Assembly (NCBI GenBank): GCA_963737265.1
Contig: CAVTRY010000011.1
Location: forward strand, 1,056,001-1,120,000
Direction: 5' to 3'
Length of the DNA: 64,000 nucleotides
DNA from: an uncultured delta proteobacterium
GTDB lineage: Bacteria; Myxococcota_A; Polyangia; Fen-1088
How positions within the stretch are numbered: the first letter of the stretch is position 1; each line of letters begins with the position of its first letter. The notes under the pieces were generated by a model. It was not told the DNA's origin. It did no database searches and was given only the letters and a program-made list of their open reading frames with translations. Shown one piece after another: positions 50,765 to 62,181 of this stretch. A program made the translations under genes and the position numbers.

Positions 50765-53025
50765 AGGACACTCTGCGGATCTACGTCTACCTCAAGACGC
50801 ACGTTGCGGGGAAGCGGCGCACGCTGCATCACTCGGGCCACGGTGAGTAGTTTCGCCCGATCTGTGCCGGACAGCCAGACTTGAAAGCGAGATCGCCCAC
50901 GCAGGCGGGCAATGGGCGCCTCGGACGGTCCCAAGACGCGAACGGCGGAATCCGCCACCGCTCGGGCACGCGACGCCACGGCGCTAGCACCCTCGCGGAC
51001 CGCTTTCTCATCGGGGCTATCCAAGCGCACGGCGACCATGCGCGAAAAGGGCGGATAGCCCGCAGCTTCCCGATGTGACAGCTCGTCCTGCACAAAACCT
51101 TCATAATCGTGCTGCCGCAGAAACTGAATTGCCGGATGCTCCGGACAGTAGGTCTGGACCACGATACGCCCAGCTCGTTCGGCCCGCCCTGCTCTTCCCG
51201 CCACTTGCTCCATGATTTGGAACGTGCGTTCGGCCGCGCGAAAATCCGGCAAATGGATTCCTTGATCGGGCTGCAGAATTCCGACCAAGGTCACGCCGCC
51301 AAAATCGTGGCCCTTGGTCACCATTTGCGTCCCGATGAGAATGTCGATTTCGCCGCGATGAACTTTGGCGAGCAACGCTTCCAGGCGCCCGCCGTCGGCG
51401 GTATCGCGGTCGAGCCGTGCCACCCGCGCTTGCGGGAAGCGCTCCCGCACCAGCGTCTCGACGCGCTCGGTGCCGCTGCCCATGCCTTCAAGGCTTGTTC
51501 CCTTGCACTGCGGACAAATCTCGCGGATTCGCTCCGCGCGACCGCAGTAATGACAGAGCAGGTGAGCGCGGGCTCGATGCAAGGTCAGCGATACCGCGCA
51601 CGAAGGGCAACGCATAACGTGTCCGCAGGCGCGACAGTGAACAAACGTGGAGAAGCCGCGCCGGTTGAGAAACAGGATAGTTTGCTCGCCTGCCGACAGC
51701 GCCTGCTCTACCGCCAGGGCCAAGGGTGGTGAAAGGATGCCATCGCCGCCGGGCGGGTGTCTGCGCAGGTCGATGACCTCGACGGGTGGCAGTGGCCGAT
51801 GGGCCGCCGCTGGGTTGGCCCGTGTCGGCAAGAGCAAGCGGGTGAACCGGCCCAGCACAACATTGCGATAGGTTTCAAGACAGGGTGTCGCGGAGCCCAG
51901 CACGGCGAGCACGTTGCCCTGGCGTGCCCGCATGACGGCGAGGTCGCGGGCGTGGTAGCGAAAGCCCTCCTCCTGTTTGAACGATCCGTCGTGCTCCTCG
52001 TCGACCACGATGACGGCCAGCTCGCGAACCGGGGCAAACACCGCGGACCGCGCGCCGACCGCGATGCCGACCTCGCCACGACGCAACCGCCGCCAGGCAG
52101 CAATTCGCTCGCCCGCCGGCAAGGCGCTGTGCAGGACCGCCACGTCGTCGCCGAAGCGGGCACGAAAGCGCGCGGCGAGCTGGGGTGTCAGCGCAATTTC
52201 GGGCACCAACACCAAGGCGCCGAGCCCACGCTTTCGCGCCTCGGCAATGAGGCGTAGGTAGACTTCCGTCTTGCCTGAGCCGGTGATCCCTTGCAGGACG
52301 AAGGTTCCATAGCCACCGCCCAGCGCCTGCAAAAGTGCGGCGAACGCAGCTTGCTGGTGTTCGTTCAGTTTCGGCAATGCCTCGCCGTCGAAGACCTGAC
52401 GATCGGGGCTGTCTTCGCCGGCCGTCTTTGTCCGCCGTTTGGCCCCTCGGATCGCGTCCGCAACCTCGACGAAACCGCGCTCAACGAGAAAGCTCACGCG
52501 TGCTGCCTCGGCCGACGACGTGCGTGCGAGACCAGTCATGCCGAGCGTCTTCGCCTTCTTCAACCTGGCCAACATCGCGCGATCGCCAGCATCGAGTGCC
52601 ATCGTGGCAAGCGCGGAGGCGCCGGTCGCTTCCGTCGCTCGCCGCCCTGCCTCAGTCAGGTGCACGCGCCGCGAAGACGAAGCGCGCTCTCCGCGCGGCA
52701 GCGCCGCACTCAATACCTCGCCGAGTGGAGCAAGGTAGTAGCTCGCTGCCCATCGGCACAGTTCGAGAACTTGCTCATCGAGTGCCGGTCCGTCGCCTAC
52801 GACCTCCGCGATTTCGCGCACGTCAACCGGCGCTTTCTCGGCGTAGCCGACGACGAATCCAGTGATGGTTCGCCGACCGAACGGCACAACGACCTGTGTT
52901 CCGAGGGGCGCGCGCGCGCCTGGCCGAGGATCGCGATAGGTGAACAGATCCGTCAAGGGAAGCGCAACGGCCACTTCGTACAAGACGCCGCCAGCTCCTC
53001 CGGGTCGCGGGCCGGAGCTACTCAT
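50761..53025 (-). CDS. priA: Primosomal protein N'
   Basis: GITGSGKTEVY, DEEH, four CxxC pairs and DVDP C-terminus. Confidence 0.96.
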   Translation of the reverse strand: MSSSGPRPGGAGGVLYEVAVALPLTDLFTYRDPRPGARAPLGTQVVVPFGRRTITGFVVGYAEKAPVDVREIAEVVGDGPALDEQVLELCRWAASYYLAPLGEVLSAALPRGERASSSRRVHLTEAGRRATEATGASALATMALDAGDRAMLARLKKAKTLGMTGLARTSSAEAARVSFLVERGFVEVADAIRGAKRRTKTAGEDSPDRQVFDGEALPKLNEHQQAAFAALLQALGGGYGTFVLQGITGSGKTEVYLRLIAEARKRGLGALVLVPEIALTPQLAARFRARFGDDVAVLHSALPAGERIAAWRRLRRGEVGIAVGARSAVFAPVRELAVIVVDEEHDGSFKQEEGFRYHARDLAVMRARQGNVLAVLGSATPCLETYRNVVLGRFTRLLLPTRANPAAAHRPLPPVEVIDLRRHPPGGDGILSPPLALAVEQALSAGEQTILFLNRRGFSTFVHCRACGHVMRCPSCAVSLTLHRARAHLLCHYCGRAERIREICPQCKGTSLEGMGSGTERVETLVRERFPQARVARLDRDTADGGRLEALLAKVHRGEIDILIGTQMVTKGHDFGGVTLVGILQPDQGIHLPDFRAAERTFQIMEQVAGRAGRAERAGRIVVQTYCPEHPAIQFLRQHDYEGFVQDELSHREAAGYPPFSRMVAVRLDSPDEKAVREGASAVASRARAVADSAVRVLGPSEAPIARLRGRSRFQVWLSGTDRAKLLTVARVMQRAPLPRNVRLEVDVDPQSVL

Positions 53026-54068
53026 GACCCAGATTCCTCGGTGTGCGCGACGCCGACAAGCAGTTCCGCAACCCTGTCGTAGAGGATCTCAGGGATCTCG
53101 CAGCCCTCCTCGACACCCTGGAGAGCACATGCGAGGTGATTGTCTTCGACGATCGGCACCTTGCTGGTCCGCGCGACATCTTCGATCTTCTGCGCGACCC
53201 GGCGCTCGCCTTTGACCAAAACCACCGGCGCTCCCTGGCCGGTGCGGTCGTAGCGGATGGTCGCCGCCAGCACGCCTCGTTCGACCACGACCAGATCGGC
53301 GCTTTCCACTTCGGCCAGTGCGTGCTGTTGCAAGATTTCACCGTGGAGACGCTGACGTTCCGCCCGGCGCGCGGGATCGCCTTCGTTTTCCTTGTGCTCT
53401 CGCCTTACCTCATCCCGACTCATGCGCAACGATTTCCTATGACGATGGATCTGCCATCCGTAGTCCACGCCGCCGAGCACCACCATAGCCACCGCCAATC
53501 GGAGCCCCAGGATATTTCCCATCTTGGCGATGGTCAGGAGAATCCGCGAGGCCCCTGCGCCACCTAGATGCACGATCTCGGGCGCCCAGGCGCGAAGCGA
53601 CCAATAGCCGACCAAGCCGACGACGGCAATCTTGAGCAGCTCTTTCGCCATTTCCACGCAGGCATCGCGCCCCACGAGTCGACCGCGCGAAGGAACGAGG
53701 CGATTCGTGTCCAACCGGACCCGCCCGAGCGAGAAGAAAGCGCGAGTCTGTGCGAGACCAACGAATAACACGATGGCGACCGTGGCTGTCACGGGAGCAA
53801 CGAGCGCCATGAGCCACTCTCTTAGGCAGGACTGAACCACGCCGGAGAACGACGTTGCGCTGGCAGCCACACCCAGGGTCATGCGCATGGTTGCGACCAA
53901 TCCACCGGCCCAAGACGGACCCGCCGCAATGAGAGCCACGCATGCCGCAAGCGCGCCAAATCCAGAATTGAGATCGCGACTGAGCGCGATCTGCCCCTCG
54001 TGGCGCGCCCGTTCCAGTCGTCGCTGGGTGGGCGCCTCGGTCTTTTCCTCCAGCGCCGGATCAGCCAT
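53022..54068 (-). CDS. flhB: FlhB/SctU export switch protein lacking NPTH
   Basis: EKTEAPT..RL..AR.EG, LRMSRDEVRREHKENEGDP; VVERG at the NPTH position. Confidence 0.85.
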   Translation of the reverse strand: MADPALEEKTEAPTQRRLERARHEGQIALSRDLNSGFGALAACVALIAAGPSWAGGLVATMRMTLGVAASATSFSGVVQSCLREWLMALVAPVTATVAIVLFVGLAQTRAFFSLGRVRLDTNRLVPSRGRLVGRDACVEMAKELLKIAVVGLVGYWSLRAWAPEIVHLGGAGASRILLTIAKMGNILGLRLAVAMVVLGGVDYGWQIHRHRKSLRMSRDEVRREHKENEGDPARRAERQRLHGEILQQHALAEVESADLVVVERGVLAATIRYDRTGQGAPVVLVKGERRVAQKIEDVARTSKVPIVEDNHLACALQGVEEGCEIPEILYDRVAELLVGVAHTEESGS

Positions 54069-54095
54069 GGGCACGCTGGCGAGTCATCGGGCGCA

Positions 54096-54914
54096 TCATC
54101 GTCCCAGCCGCGCGGCTGCTTGGAAAATGCCGAGAAATTCCTGAAACGTGTGTTGCATGGCCACGTCCAATGTTGCCAGCCCCACCAGCACGGCGCCGAC
54201 GCCCAACAGCGCTTTGAGCGGCATGCCGACGAAGTAGAGTGGAATCTGCGGAGCCGCACGCCCGAGCACCCCAAGCGCGATGTCGGCAAGCAACGACGCA
54301 ACGACCACGGGAGCACACAGGCCAATCGCGGTCTCGATGAGCTTGCCTGACGCACTGATAGTCAGAATGGCCAGCGCGTGCGTGGACTCGCGAAACGGTA
54401 TCTGCGGGGTCAGCGGGATTGCCTCATAGCTGCGTGCCAGAGCCAACGCAACCGTGCCAACACCTCCAATTTCATGGAACACGACGATGAACAGCAGGAG
54501 CATGACGACACCGAGAGGGCTGCTCACCGTCTCGCCTGCCGGGGAGATTGCCTCGGCGAGATTGGCTCCGCGCAGAACGTCCGTCAGCTGTCCCGCGGCT
54601 TCGGCTGCACGAAACGCGCAGGAACAGACGAATCCTATCGCTGTCCCGACGACTGCCTCGCGCCCAACCAGAAGCAACCAGATGAGAATGCCACCCGTGG
54701 GTGGATGCGCAGAAAGCATGGGAAAGCAAAGCGCCGAAAGGCCAATTCCCAGGGCAAGGCGAACCTGGGCCGGCAACGTGGGACCGCCAAATGCCGGAAT
54801 CGACCACACCAGGGGAACGGTTCGCGCGGCACCCAACGCCACAATCAGGAGATCTTGCAGGAGATCTTGCAAGAGATGTTGATCGAGGCTTCCGGGTAGC
54901 AAGGCGGCAGGCAC
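54096..54914 (-). CDS. fliR: FliR/SctT export gate protein
   Basis: RE..VG..IG, AG.L.D..RG and GRAAPQI..GMPLK motifs. Confidence 0.85.
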   Translation of the reverse strand: MPAALLPGSLDQHLLQDLLQDLLIVALGAARTVPLVWSIPAFGGPTLPAQVRLALGIGLSALCFPMLSAHPPTGGILIWLLLVGREAVVGTAIGFVCSCAFRAAEAAGQLTDVLRGANLAEAISPAGETVSSPLGVVMLLLFIVVFHEIGGVGTVALALARSYEAIPLTPQIPFRESTHALAILTISASGKLIETAIGLCAPVVVASLLADIALGVLGRAAPQIPLYFVGMPLKALLGVGAVLVGLATLDVAMQHTFQEFLGIFQAAARLGR

Positions 54915-54915
54915 C

Positions 54916-55194
54916 CTAGCGGATCGTGGGAATTGCGAGCAACAGAGCCTGCGCGAAACGCAAGACTTGCGCACCCAGCAACGGCCCCATCGCAAGCAGA
55001 ACCAAGGCGACCGCCACCAGCTTCGGTACAAAGGCCAGAGTCTGGTCGTGAATCTGCGTCGCTGCTTCCAGAATGCCGACCACGAGCCCCACGGCCAAGC
55101 TTGCAAGAAGCGGCGGCGCGGACACCAGAAGCACCAACATCAGCCCCTCCCGAACCGCGCGCAAAATGACATCCGGAGCCCCGCTGCTAAACAT
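54916..55194 (-). CDS. fliQ: FliQ/SctS export gate protein
   Basis: GLVVGILEAATQIHDQTLAFVPKL. Confidence 0.9.
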   Translation of the reverse strand: MFSSGAPDVILRAVREGLMLVLLVSAPPLLASLAVGLVVGILEAATQIHDQTLAFVPKLVAVALVLLAMGPLLGAQVLRFAQALLLAIPTIR

Positions 55195-55909
55195 AACTTT
55201 CCACCAGTCCCCTCAAGAGAAGCTGCCAGCCGTCGGCGAGCACGAAAAGCAGCAGCTTGAAGGGCAGCGACACCGTTGTCGGCGAGAGCATGTGCATGCC
55301 CAGGGCAAGAAGCAGGTTGGATATGACCATGTCCACGACCAAAAACGGAATGAACAGCAGGAATCCGATCTCGAAGGCTCTGCGCAACTCCGTCGTGAGA
55401 AACGCCGGAACCGCGACCAGGAAATCACGATCCGTGATGCCTGCCCTATCCGCCGGCGCCCGCATACGCAGGGCCAGATTGTGGAACAGGTTTCGATCCC
55501 TCGAAGTCCCGTGCTTGAGCAAGAATTCGCGCAGGGGTTCCTTGGCCTTTTCCACCGCCGAGCCCAGCGCCTCTAGACTTTGCCTGCTCAGGAGCTCCGC
55601 GCCGACTCCCTGACCAAGCACCGGCTCGACGGCCCGAAACATCCGCTCCCCCGTTGGCGCCATGACATAGACAGTGAGGATCAAGGCGAGACCGGTAATG
55701 ACCTGCGAGGGTGGAATATTGGGCGTGCCAAGCGCGCTCCTCAAGATCGACAGCACCACGGCGATCTTCACGAAGCTGGTCATGAGCAGCAAAGCGAATG
55801 GCAGAATCGACAGCGCCGCCAGGGCGACAAGAAACAATGCCGGCCGGGAAGAAAATCCCTGCGTCCTGTCCAGGTTCGCAGCAGCCACGCTTGCGACCAG
55901 CGCAGTCAT
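55187..55909 (-). CDS. fliP: FliP/SctR export gate protein
   Basis: TSFVKI..LRSALG..PP; ELRRAFEIG; SLPFKLLLFVLADGW. Confidence 0.92.
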   Translation of the reverse strand: MTALVASVAAANLDRTQGFSSRPALFLVALAALSILPFALLLMTSFVKIAVVLSILRSALGTPNIPPSQVITGLALILTVYVMAPTGERMFRAVEPVLGQGVGAELLSRQSLEALGSAVEKAKEPLREFLLKHGTSRDRNLFHNLALRMRAPADRAGITDRDFLVAVPAFLTTELRRAFEIGFLLFIPFLVVDMVISNLLLALGMHMLSPTTVSLPFKLLLFVLADGWQLLLRGLVESYV

Positions 55910-56271
55910 CGTCTGCCCCGCTTTAGCACCCGGACCAAGACGTCAGGGAAAGACGATCCTGTCTGGTCGCCGGCGCCTGCAGCCGGAATGCTTGGCAACG
56001 CCGACTTCTCGATCTCGGCCAGCATCGTCATTGGACCGTCCCCGACACCGACCAAGAAACAGCGCCCGCCCGACTCGATGAGGTAGACCGCTCGGCGAGC
56101 CTCCAGGGCACATCGGCCGATGAGGCGAATGGAACTGTCTCCCCGCCCGACACCACGTCGCGCCAGCCAGCGCAACACTACGAACGCGGCTAAGCAGACG
56201 ATACCCAGGGAAACAAAAGAAAGCGCTAGAGAACTTCCTAGTCCTGGAAGGTCAGACGCTGGCGCATCCAT
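55906..56271 (-). CDS. fliO: FliO-like protein
   Basis: One TM followed by L..RRAVYLIE..FLVGVG. Confidence 0.8.
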   Translation of the reverse strand: MDAPASDLPGLGSSLALSFVSLGIVCLAAFVVLRWLARRGVGRGDSSIRLIGRCALEARRAVYLIESGGRCFLVGVGDGPMTMLAEIEKSALPSIPAAGAGDQTGSSFPDVLVRVLKRGRR

Positions 56272-56328
56272 GATCCGGAATTACCGCCATCGGGCATTCC
56301 GTGTCAACCGGGCAATTCACCTCGGGTG

Positions 56329-56958
56329 CTACTCGCCGCCCCGGCTTCGTCCGGCCCGCTTCATGGTCGCAGCCGACTTCGCGGGTGCGCCTGCCCCTAG
56401 ATTCTTCTTCACTTTCGGGGCCGTCGCTGCTTTCGTCTTGGCTTTGGGCTTGGCTTCGCCGGCGGCCGCCGACTTCTCCTTGCCCTTTGCCTTCGCTTCG
56501 CCTGGTTCCTTGCCCTTGGGAGACGGCTTCGCACCGGTCTCGCCGGGCTCACCCGGGATAAGTTCCAGCAAAGCCATGGGGGCTGCGTCGCCCGGACGCT
56601 GGGCCATCTTCACAATGCGGGTGTAACCGCCATGGCGAGAGAGAAAGCGTGGTCCGATTTCCTCGAACAGCTTCATGACCGCATCGCGATCGCGAACCAC
56701 CCGCAACGCCATCCGCACCGCATGTACCATCCGGGCGCGCTCTTCATCCGTCCGCTTGTCGGGCTTCTTGGTGAGAATTCCGCCCAATCGGCGAGCCCAG
56801 GTAATTGCTCGCTCTGCGAGACGACGAATCTCCTTGGCCTTGACCTCCGTGGTGCGAATGCGCTCGTAGGTGAGCAACGCCGCCACCATGTTGGAGAATA
56901 GCGCCTTGCGGTGCGCCGCCGTTCGGGAAAGATGTAGTCCAGCTCTCTTGTGTCGCAT
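56329..56958 (-). CDS. rplQ: 50S ribosomal protein L17 with insertion and Lys-rich extension
   Basis: MRHK..HRKAL..GGYTRI..GDAA. Confidence 0.95.
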   Translation of the reverse strand: MRHKRAGLHLSRTAAHRKALFSNMVAALLTYERIRTTEVKAKEIRRLAERAITWARRLGGILTKKPDKRTDEERARMVHAVRMALRVVRDRDAVMKLFEEIGPRFLSRHGGYTRIVKMAQRPGDAAPMALLELIPGEPGETGAKPSPKGKEPGEAKAKGKEKSAAAGEAKPKAKTKAATAPKVKKNLGAGAPAKSAATMKRAGRSRGGE

Positions 56959-57032
56959 GTTGGCCTAGGTACTCGTTGGCTCTGCCTGTTTACAATTCCT
57001 GCCTGTTGTCGCCTGGCTCTGCTTGAGAACGC

Positions 57033-58079
57033 CTAGGCCTTCTTCGGCGGACCGTCGCCCGGCCAGCCTTCCAGCTTCATGCCGAGAGAGAGCCCCATCG
57101 CAGCCAGGATCTCTTTGATTTCCTTGAGCGACTTGCGTCCAAAGTTCTTGGTCTTGAGCATGTCGGATTCGGTCTTCTGCACCAGCTCGCCGATGTAGCG
57201 GATGTTGGCATTCTGCAAGCAGTTTGCCGAGCGAACCGACAATTCCAAATCATCGACCGACTTCCACAAGTTCTCGTTGAGCTTCTGTTGCTCTTCGGAA
57301 ACCGTCGCTTCCGGGGCCGGCTCCGCGCCCTCCTGGAAGTTGATGAAGATAGAAAGCTGGTCCTTGAAGATCTTGGCCGCGTAAGCAACGGCGTCCTCGG
57401 GACTCACCGTGCCGTTCGTCCACACTTCGAGGGTCAAACGGTCGTAGTCGGTCTGCTGGCCAACGCGCGCGTTGGTCACCGCGAAATTGACCTTGTGAAC
57501 CGGCGAGAAAAGAGAATCGATGGGCACCACGCCGACCGGCATGTTCGGCTGTTTGTTGCGGTCGGCTGGCACGTAGCCGCGCCCCACCCCGATCTCCAAC
57601 TCCATGCGAACCTTGGCCCCCTTGGAGCAGGTCATGACGTGATGGTCTGGGTTCAAAATCTCGATGCCTTCCGGGCACTGAATATCCTTGGCGGTGACCT
57701 TTCCTTCCCCATCCTTGTCAATCCGCACCGTGCGCGGCTTGCCGTCGTGGGAAAGGATGATCACTTCCTTCAGGTTCAGCACGATGTCCGTAACATCCTC
57801 GGCCACCTCGGGCAACGAGGTGAACTCGTGCACGGCGCCCTCGATTTTCACGGAGGTGATAGCCGCGCCTTGCAGCGATGACAACAACACCCGGCGGATG
57901 CCGTTGCCTATGGTCGTTCCGAAGCCGCGCTCAAGCGGCTCACAGGTAAACTTCCCATAGGTTGGCGTCAACGATTCGACATCCACCTCAAGCTTGCGCG
58001 GCTTGATGAGGTCTCGCCAATTCCTCGCAATAAACGTAGACGGCGTGACAGCGGCGGTCTGGGCACTAGCGCTCGACAT
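57033..58079 (-). CDS. rpoA: RNA polymerase alpha subunit
   Basis: [10 protein letters not shown] and [11 protein letters not shown] motifs. Confidence 0.98.
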   Translation of the reverse strand: MSSASAQTAAVTPSTFIARNWRDLIKPRKLEVDVESLTPTYGKFTCEPLERGFGTTIGNGIRRVLLSSLQGAAITSVKIEGAVHEFTSLPEVAEDVTDIVLNLKEVIILSHDGKPRTVRIDKDGEGKVTAKDIQCPEGIEILNPDHHVMTCSKGAKVRMELEIGVGRGYVPADRNKQPNMPVGVVPIDSLFSPVHKVNFAVTNARVGQQTDYDRLTLEVWTNGTVSPEDAVAYAAKIFKDQLSIFINFQEGAEPAPEATVSEEQQKLNENLWKSVDDLELSVRSANCLQNANIRYIGELVQKTESDMLKTKNFGRKSLKEIKEILAAMGLSLGMKLEGWPGDGPPKKA

Positions 58080-58130
58080 CCTGTTCTCCTGTTAGATTCT
58101 AGGAATCAAAAAACTTCGCGGCGGCGTTCG

Positions 58131-58760
58131 CTACTTAGAATAAAGTTCGACGACGAGCTGCTCGCGAACCGTCATCGTGAGGTCTTCTCGCGACGGCAAC
58201 GTCACGAGCTTGCCCTGAAAATTGTCCTTGTCGAGTTGCAGCCATTTGGGCACGCCTCGACGATCAACGGCACCCAGGCTCTCAAGGATACGGGTCACCT
58301 TCCGCGACGGCTCGCATACCACGATGCTGTCGTTCATACCGCAAAGAAAGGACGGAATGTTCACTTTCTTCCCGTTGACCAGGAAATGACCGTGACGAAC
58401 CAACTGCCTTGCCTCGGCGTGATCGGACGCGAAACCAAGACGGTACACCACGTTGTCGAAACGACGTTCCAGCAATTGCAGCAGGTTTTCGCCGGCAACC
58501 CCCTTCATGGAAGTTGCCTTCTTGTAGTAGCCGCGGAACTGGCGCTCTGCTAGCCCATACATGCGCTTCAGCTTCTGCTTCTCTCGCAATTGCGAGCCAT
58601 AGTTGGAAAGTTTTCTTCGTCGCGCCTGCCCATGCTGGCCAGGAGCGTACGCTCGTCGTTCGTAACCACATTTGTCGGTGTAGCAGCGGTCGCCCTTCAG
58701 GAAGAGCTTGGTGTCTTCCCGGCGACATAGGCGGCAAACCGGACCGGAATACTTCGCCAT
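58131..58760 (-). CDS. rpsD: 30S ribosomal protein S4 (Zn-binding form)
   Basis: CRLCRRE..QLREKQK..VELYSK. Confidence 0.98.
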   Translation of the reverse strand: MAKYSGPVCRLCRREDTKLFLKGDRCYTDKCGYERRAYAPGQHGQARRRKLSNYGSQLREKQKLKRMYGLAERQFRGYYKKATSMKGVAGENLLQLLERRFDNVVYRLGFASDHAEARQLVRHGHFLVNGKKVNIPSFLCGMNDSIVVCEPSRKVTRILESLGAVDRRGVPKWLQLDKDNFQGKLVTLPSREDLTMTVREQLVVELYSK

Positions 58761-58817
58761 CGGTGTCTTACCTTCCTCGTTCTTTCACTGTCCTAGAAGC
58801 GCCCCAACCAAGTCCCG

Positions 58818-59225
58818 TCATACCCTGCGCCGCTTGGGCGGCCTGCAACCATTGTGCGGGATGGGCGTAAGATCCCGGATCACGTTGATTTTGAAGCCCG
58901 CCGCAGCCAGCGCGCGCAGGGCTGACTCGCGGCCAGACCCCGGCCCACGAATAAAAACATTGATAGACTTCATGCCGTGCTCCATCGCCTTGTGAGCCGC
59001 ATCGTCGGCGGCAAGCTGGGCGGCAAACGGCGTCGACTTACGCGAGCCCTTGAAGCCTTTCACCCCGGACGAGGACCAAGACACCACATTCCCAGAAACG
59101 TCGGTGATGGTGACGATGGTATTGTTGAAGGAGGCCGTGATGTAGGCGATCCCGCTTTGGATGCTCTTGCGGGCCTTCTTCGCTTTGGCCTTTGGCTTTA
59201 CTACTACTTCGTTCTCAGTCGCCAT
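58818..59225 (-). CDS. rpsK: 30S ribosomal protein S11
   Basis: [23 protein letters not shown]. Confidence 0.98.
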   Translation of the reverse strand: MATENEVVVKPKAKAKKARKSIQSGIAYITASFNNTIVTITDVSGNVVSWSSSGVKGFKGSRKSTPFAAQLAADDAAHKAMEHGMKSINVFIRGPGSGRESALRALAAAGFKINVIRDLTPIPHNGCRPPKRRRV

Positions 59226-59272
59226 ATCTTGTCCGTTCTGTTTCTAAGGGTGCCAACGATGGAGCCCGAAGC

Positions 59273-59662
59273 CTATGCACCGGTGCCTTCGGTCTTGCGT
59301 TTGATCATCTGGCCCTTACGTGGGCCCTTGCGTGTGCGCGCATTGGTCTTGGTGCGCTGACCTCGGACCGGCAGGCTGCGGCGATGTCGCAAACCGCGGT
59401 AGCAGCCGAGATCCATGAGCCGTTTGATGTTCATGGAAACCTCGCGCTGCAAATCGCCTTCGACCTTGAGCCCCATCTGTTCGATCACCTCGCGGATGCG
59501 GCGAGATTCCGCATCGTCAAGCGCATCGCTGCGCTTGTCCAAGGAGATTCCGGCGGCCTTGAGCACCTCGCGAGCCTTGGTGCGGCCGATGCCGTTGATA
59601 TAGGTCAGCGCAAATTCCATGCGCTTGTTTCGTGGGAGATCGACGCCTGCTACGCGTGCCAT
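59273..59662 (-). CDS. rpsM: 30S ribosomal protein S13
   Basis: [24 protein letters not shown]. Confidence 0.98.
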   Translation of the reverse strand: MARVAGVDLPRNKRMEFALTYINGIGRTKAREVLKAAGISLDKRSDALDDAESRRIREVIEQMGLKVEGDLQREVSMNIKRLMDLGCYRGLRHRRSLPVRGQRTKTNARTRKGPRKGQMIKRKTEGTGA

Positions 59663-59714
59663 AAGGTTCGGGTTCCTTTCCTATCCGTGCCGTCAGAACT
59701 TGCGGTTCTACCGC

Positions 59715-59828
59715 TCAGCCCTGCCGCTGTTTGTGGCGGGAATTCTCGCAAATCACCCGCACGACACCACGTCGCCGGATCACCTTGCACTTGTCGCAGA
59801 TCTTCTTGACTGATGCTCTGACCTTCAT
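59715..59828 (-). CDS. rpmJ: 50S ribosomal protein L36
   Basis: [20 protein letters not shown]. Confidence 0.97.
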   Translation of the reverse strand: MKVRASVKKICDKCKVIRRRGVVRVICENSRHKQRQG

Positions 59829-59844
59829 AGGACACTCATCCGTT

Positions 59845-60600
59845 TCACGCCCGCGAGAGAACCAACGGGCCGTTTTCGGTGATCGCCACCGAGTGCTCAA
59901 AATGGGCCGAGAGGCTACCATCTTTCGTTACCGCAGTCCACCCATCGTCCTCGATGACGACTTGGGGTCCGCCTTCGTTCACCATCGGCTCGATGGCGAC
60001 GACCATGCCGACGCTCAGGCGAGGGCCACGACCGGCCGGGCCGTAGTTCAGCACCTGCGGCGGCTCGTGCATGTGGCGGCCGATCCCGTGTCCGGCGAAC
60101 TGCTCCACGACGGAGTAGCCGCGCTTCTCCACATGGTTTTGCACCGCCCAACCGATGTCGCCAAGACGGTTTCCCGGCACGCACTGCTCGATGGCCTTTT
60201 CCAGGGATACCCGCGTCGCCTCGACCAAGGCTCGCGCTTTCTCGGAAACATTGCCGATGAGAAGCGTCCGTGCCGAGTCCCCACACCAGCCATCCTTGAA
60301 GGCGCCAAAATCGATGGACAGGATATCCCCGTCTTTCAGAACGACATCTTTGCGCGGGATGCCGTGCACAATGACGTTGTTCACCGAGGCGCACAGAACC
60401 GCGGGGTATCCGCGATACCCCAAAAACGCGGAATCGGCCGAAAGTTCCTTCAGCCGTTTGCGCGCGACCAGCTCCAAGTCCCAGGTGGTGAGGCCGATGG
60501 CAGCCGCGGCTGAAAGCACATCGAGGACGTCCGACACAATCAGATTGGCCTCGCGTAGCTTGGCGATCTGCGCAGCGGTCTTGAGCTCAATCCCCTTCAC
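59845..60600 (-). CDS. map: Methionine aminopeptidase type I
   Basis: HGIP, GDSART, GHGIG..HEPP, AIEPM and SAHFEH motifs. Confidence 0.95.
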   Translation of the reverse strand: MKGIELKTAAQIAKLREANLIVSDVLDVLSAAAAIGLTTWDLELVARKRLKELSADSAFLGYRGYPAVLCASVNNVIVHGIPRKDVVLKDGDILSIDFGAFKDGWCGDSARTLLIGNVSEKARALVEATRVSLEKAIEQCVPGNRLGDIGWAVQNHVEKRGYSVVEQFAGHGIGRHMHEPPQVLNYGPAGRGPRLSVGMVVAIEPMVNEGGPQVVIEDDGWTAVTKDGSLSAHFEHSVAITENGPLVLSRA

Positions 60601-60710
60601 GCGCGCCTCGCCCACGCCGGCAGGACGGCAAACCATCCGACAGCACGACGTGCCTCGGCGCGAAGAATGGGGCTTTTCGCCATAGAGAATGTTCTCCAGG
60701 TTTCCCAAGC

Positions 60711-62057
60711 CTACCCACCGACCGGAGCTGTCACACGTCCGCCACGCCCGCGAATGCGTGGGCCTTTGGGACCGGTGAAGCCCTCGTAGTTCCTGGTGAT
60801 GAGATGCGACTCGATCTGCTGAACTGTATCGAGGGCAACACCAACGACGATCATCAAGCCCGTACCGCCGAAGCGGAAGGGAACACCAAGATTGTCGGAA
60901 AGCAGGTTGGGGAGAACGCAGATGATAGACACGTAAAGTGCGCCGCCCGCGGTGATTCGGGTTAGGACCTTGTCGATATAGGACGCGGTTGCCTTTCCCG
61001 GTCGGATGCCGGGAATGAATCCGCCGTACTTTCGCATGTTGTCGGCGACGTCCACGGGGTTGAACGTCACCGCGGTGTAGAAGTAGCAAAAGAACACGAT
61101 AAGCGCGACGTAGAGCACGTTGTAGCGCCAATCGCCGGGATGAAGGGCGTCCGACAGCGCGCGTGCGATGGGGTTGTTCAAGAACGACGCGATCTGCTGG
61201 GGAAACATCAGGATCGACGAAGCGAAGATCGGTGGAATGACGCCTGCCGTGTTCACCTTCAACGGTAGGTGGGTCGATTGCCCGCCGAACATCTTGCGTC
61301 CAACCACACGCTTCGCGTACTGCACGGGAATTCGTCGCTGGCCACGCTCGAAGAAAATGATCGCTGCAATAACCACCACCACAATGAGGCCCATCAGCGC
61401 CAATGAGAACGCGGTGAGGTTGCCTTCGCGCGCACGACCGCCAAGCCGAACCAAGGCGTTCGGAATTTCAGTCACGATGCCGGCAAAAATGATCAACGAA
61501 ATGCCGTTGCCCACGCCGCGCTCAGTGATTTGCTCGCCCAACCACATGATAAAGGCCGTCCCGGTGGTCAGCGAGATCATCGTGAGAAGGTAGAAACTCC
61601 ACCCTGGATCGGGAACGACTTCGCCTAGGTTTCCGTAGGCCGAGTTGTTGGATATCAGCCAACGTGCAATGAAATACGACTGAATCAACGATAAGATCAC
61701 ACAGCCGTAGCGCGTGTACTGGTTGATCCTGCGCCGCCCTGCCTCGCCCTCCTTCTGGATCTGTTCCAGCTTGGGAATAACGACGGTCAACAGCTGAATG
61801 ATGATGGACGAGCTGATGTAGGGCATGATGCCCAGGGCGAAGATCGACATCTTCTCCAAAGCGCCGCCCGAGAACATGTTGAAGAGCCCTAGAAAACTGC
61901 CGGACGACTGGCTGACGATCTTGCTCATTACGGCGCCGTTTACGCCGGGCGTGGTCACGAACACGCCAATCCGGTAGATCGCCAAAAGCGCAAGCGTGTA
62001 GAGGAGACGCCGGCGAAGTTCCGGAATCTTCGTCATATTCTGGAAACCAGAGGCCAT
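60711..62057 (-). CDS. secY: Preprotein translocase SecY
   Basis: [18 protein letters not shown] and FIPGIRPG motifs. Confidence 0.98.
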   Translation of the reverse strand: MASGFQNMTKIPELRRRLLYTLALLAIYRIGVFVTTPGVNGAVMSKIVSQSSGSFLGLFNMFSGGALEKMSIFALGIMPYISSSIIIQLLTVVIPKLEQIQKEGEAGRRRINQYTRYGCVILSLIQSYFIARWLISNNSAYGNLGEVVPDPGWSFYLLTMISLTTGTAFIMWLGEQITERGVGNGISLIIFAGIVTEIPNALVRLGGRAREGNLTAFSLALMGLIVVVVIAAIIFFERGQRRIPVQYAKRVVGRKMFGGQSTHLPLKVNTAGVIPPIFASSILMFPQQIASFLNNPIARALSDALHPGDWRYNVLYVALIVFFCYFYTAVTFNPVDVADNMRKYGGFIPGIRPGKATASYIDKVLTRITAGGALYVSIICVLPNLLSDNLGVPFRFGGTGLMIVVGVALDTVQQIESHLITRNYEGFTGPKGPRIRGRGGRVTAPVGG

Positions 62058-62181
62058 CTAGCTCCTCCTTTGTGGAGACGGGTCTTGATCCTCGGGCGCC
62101 CAGCAACACGACAACGGCAAACAGAACACCGCGCCCGAAGCCAACTTCAGGCCCGCGATCCCCTGTGTGCTATGGACTCGA

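Noticed and set aside
54846-54881. 12-bp tandem repeat at the fliR 5' end
   Set aside because: In-frame LLQD duplication with no evidence of a switching role
59845-61131. 428-aa extended Map ORF
   Set aside because: The extension overlaps secY off-frame; the real start is the GTG at 60600
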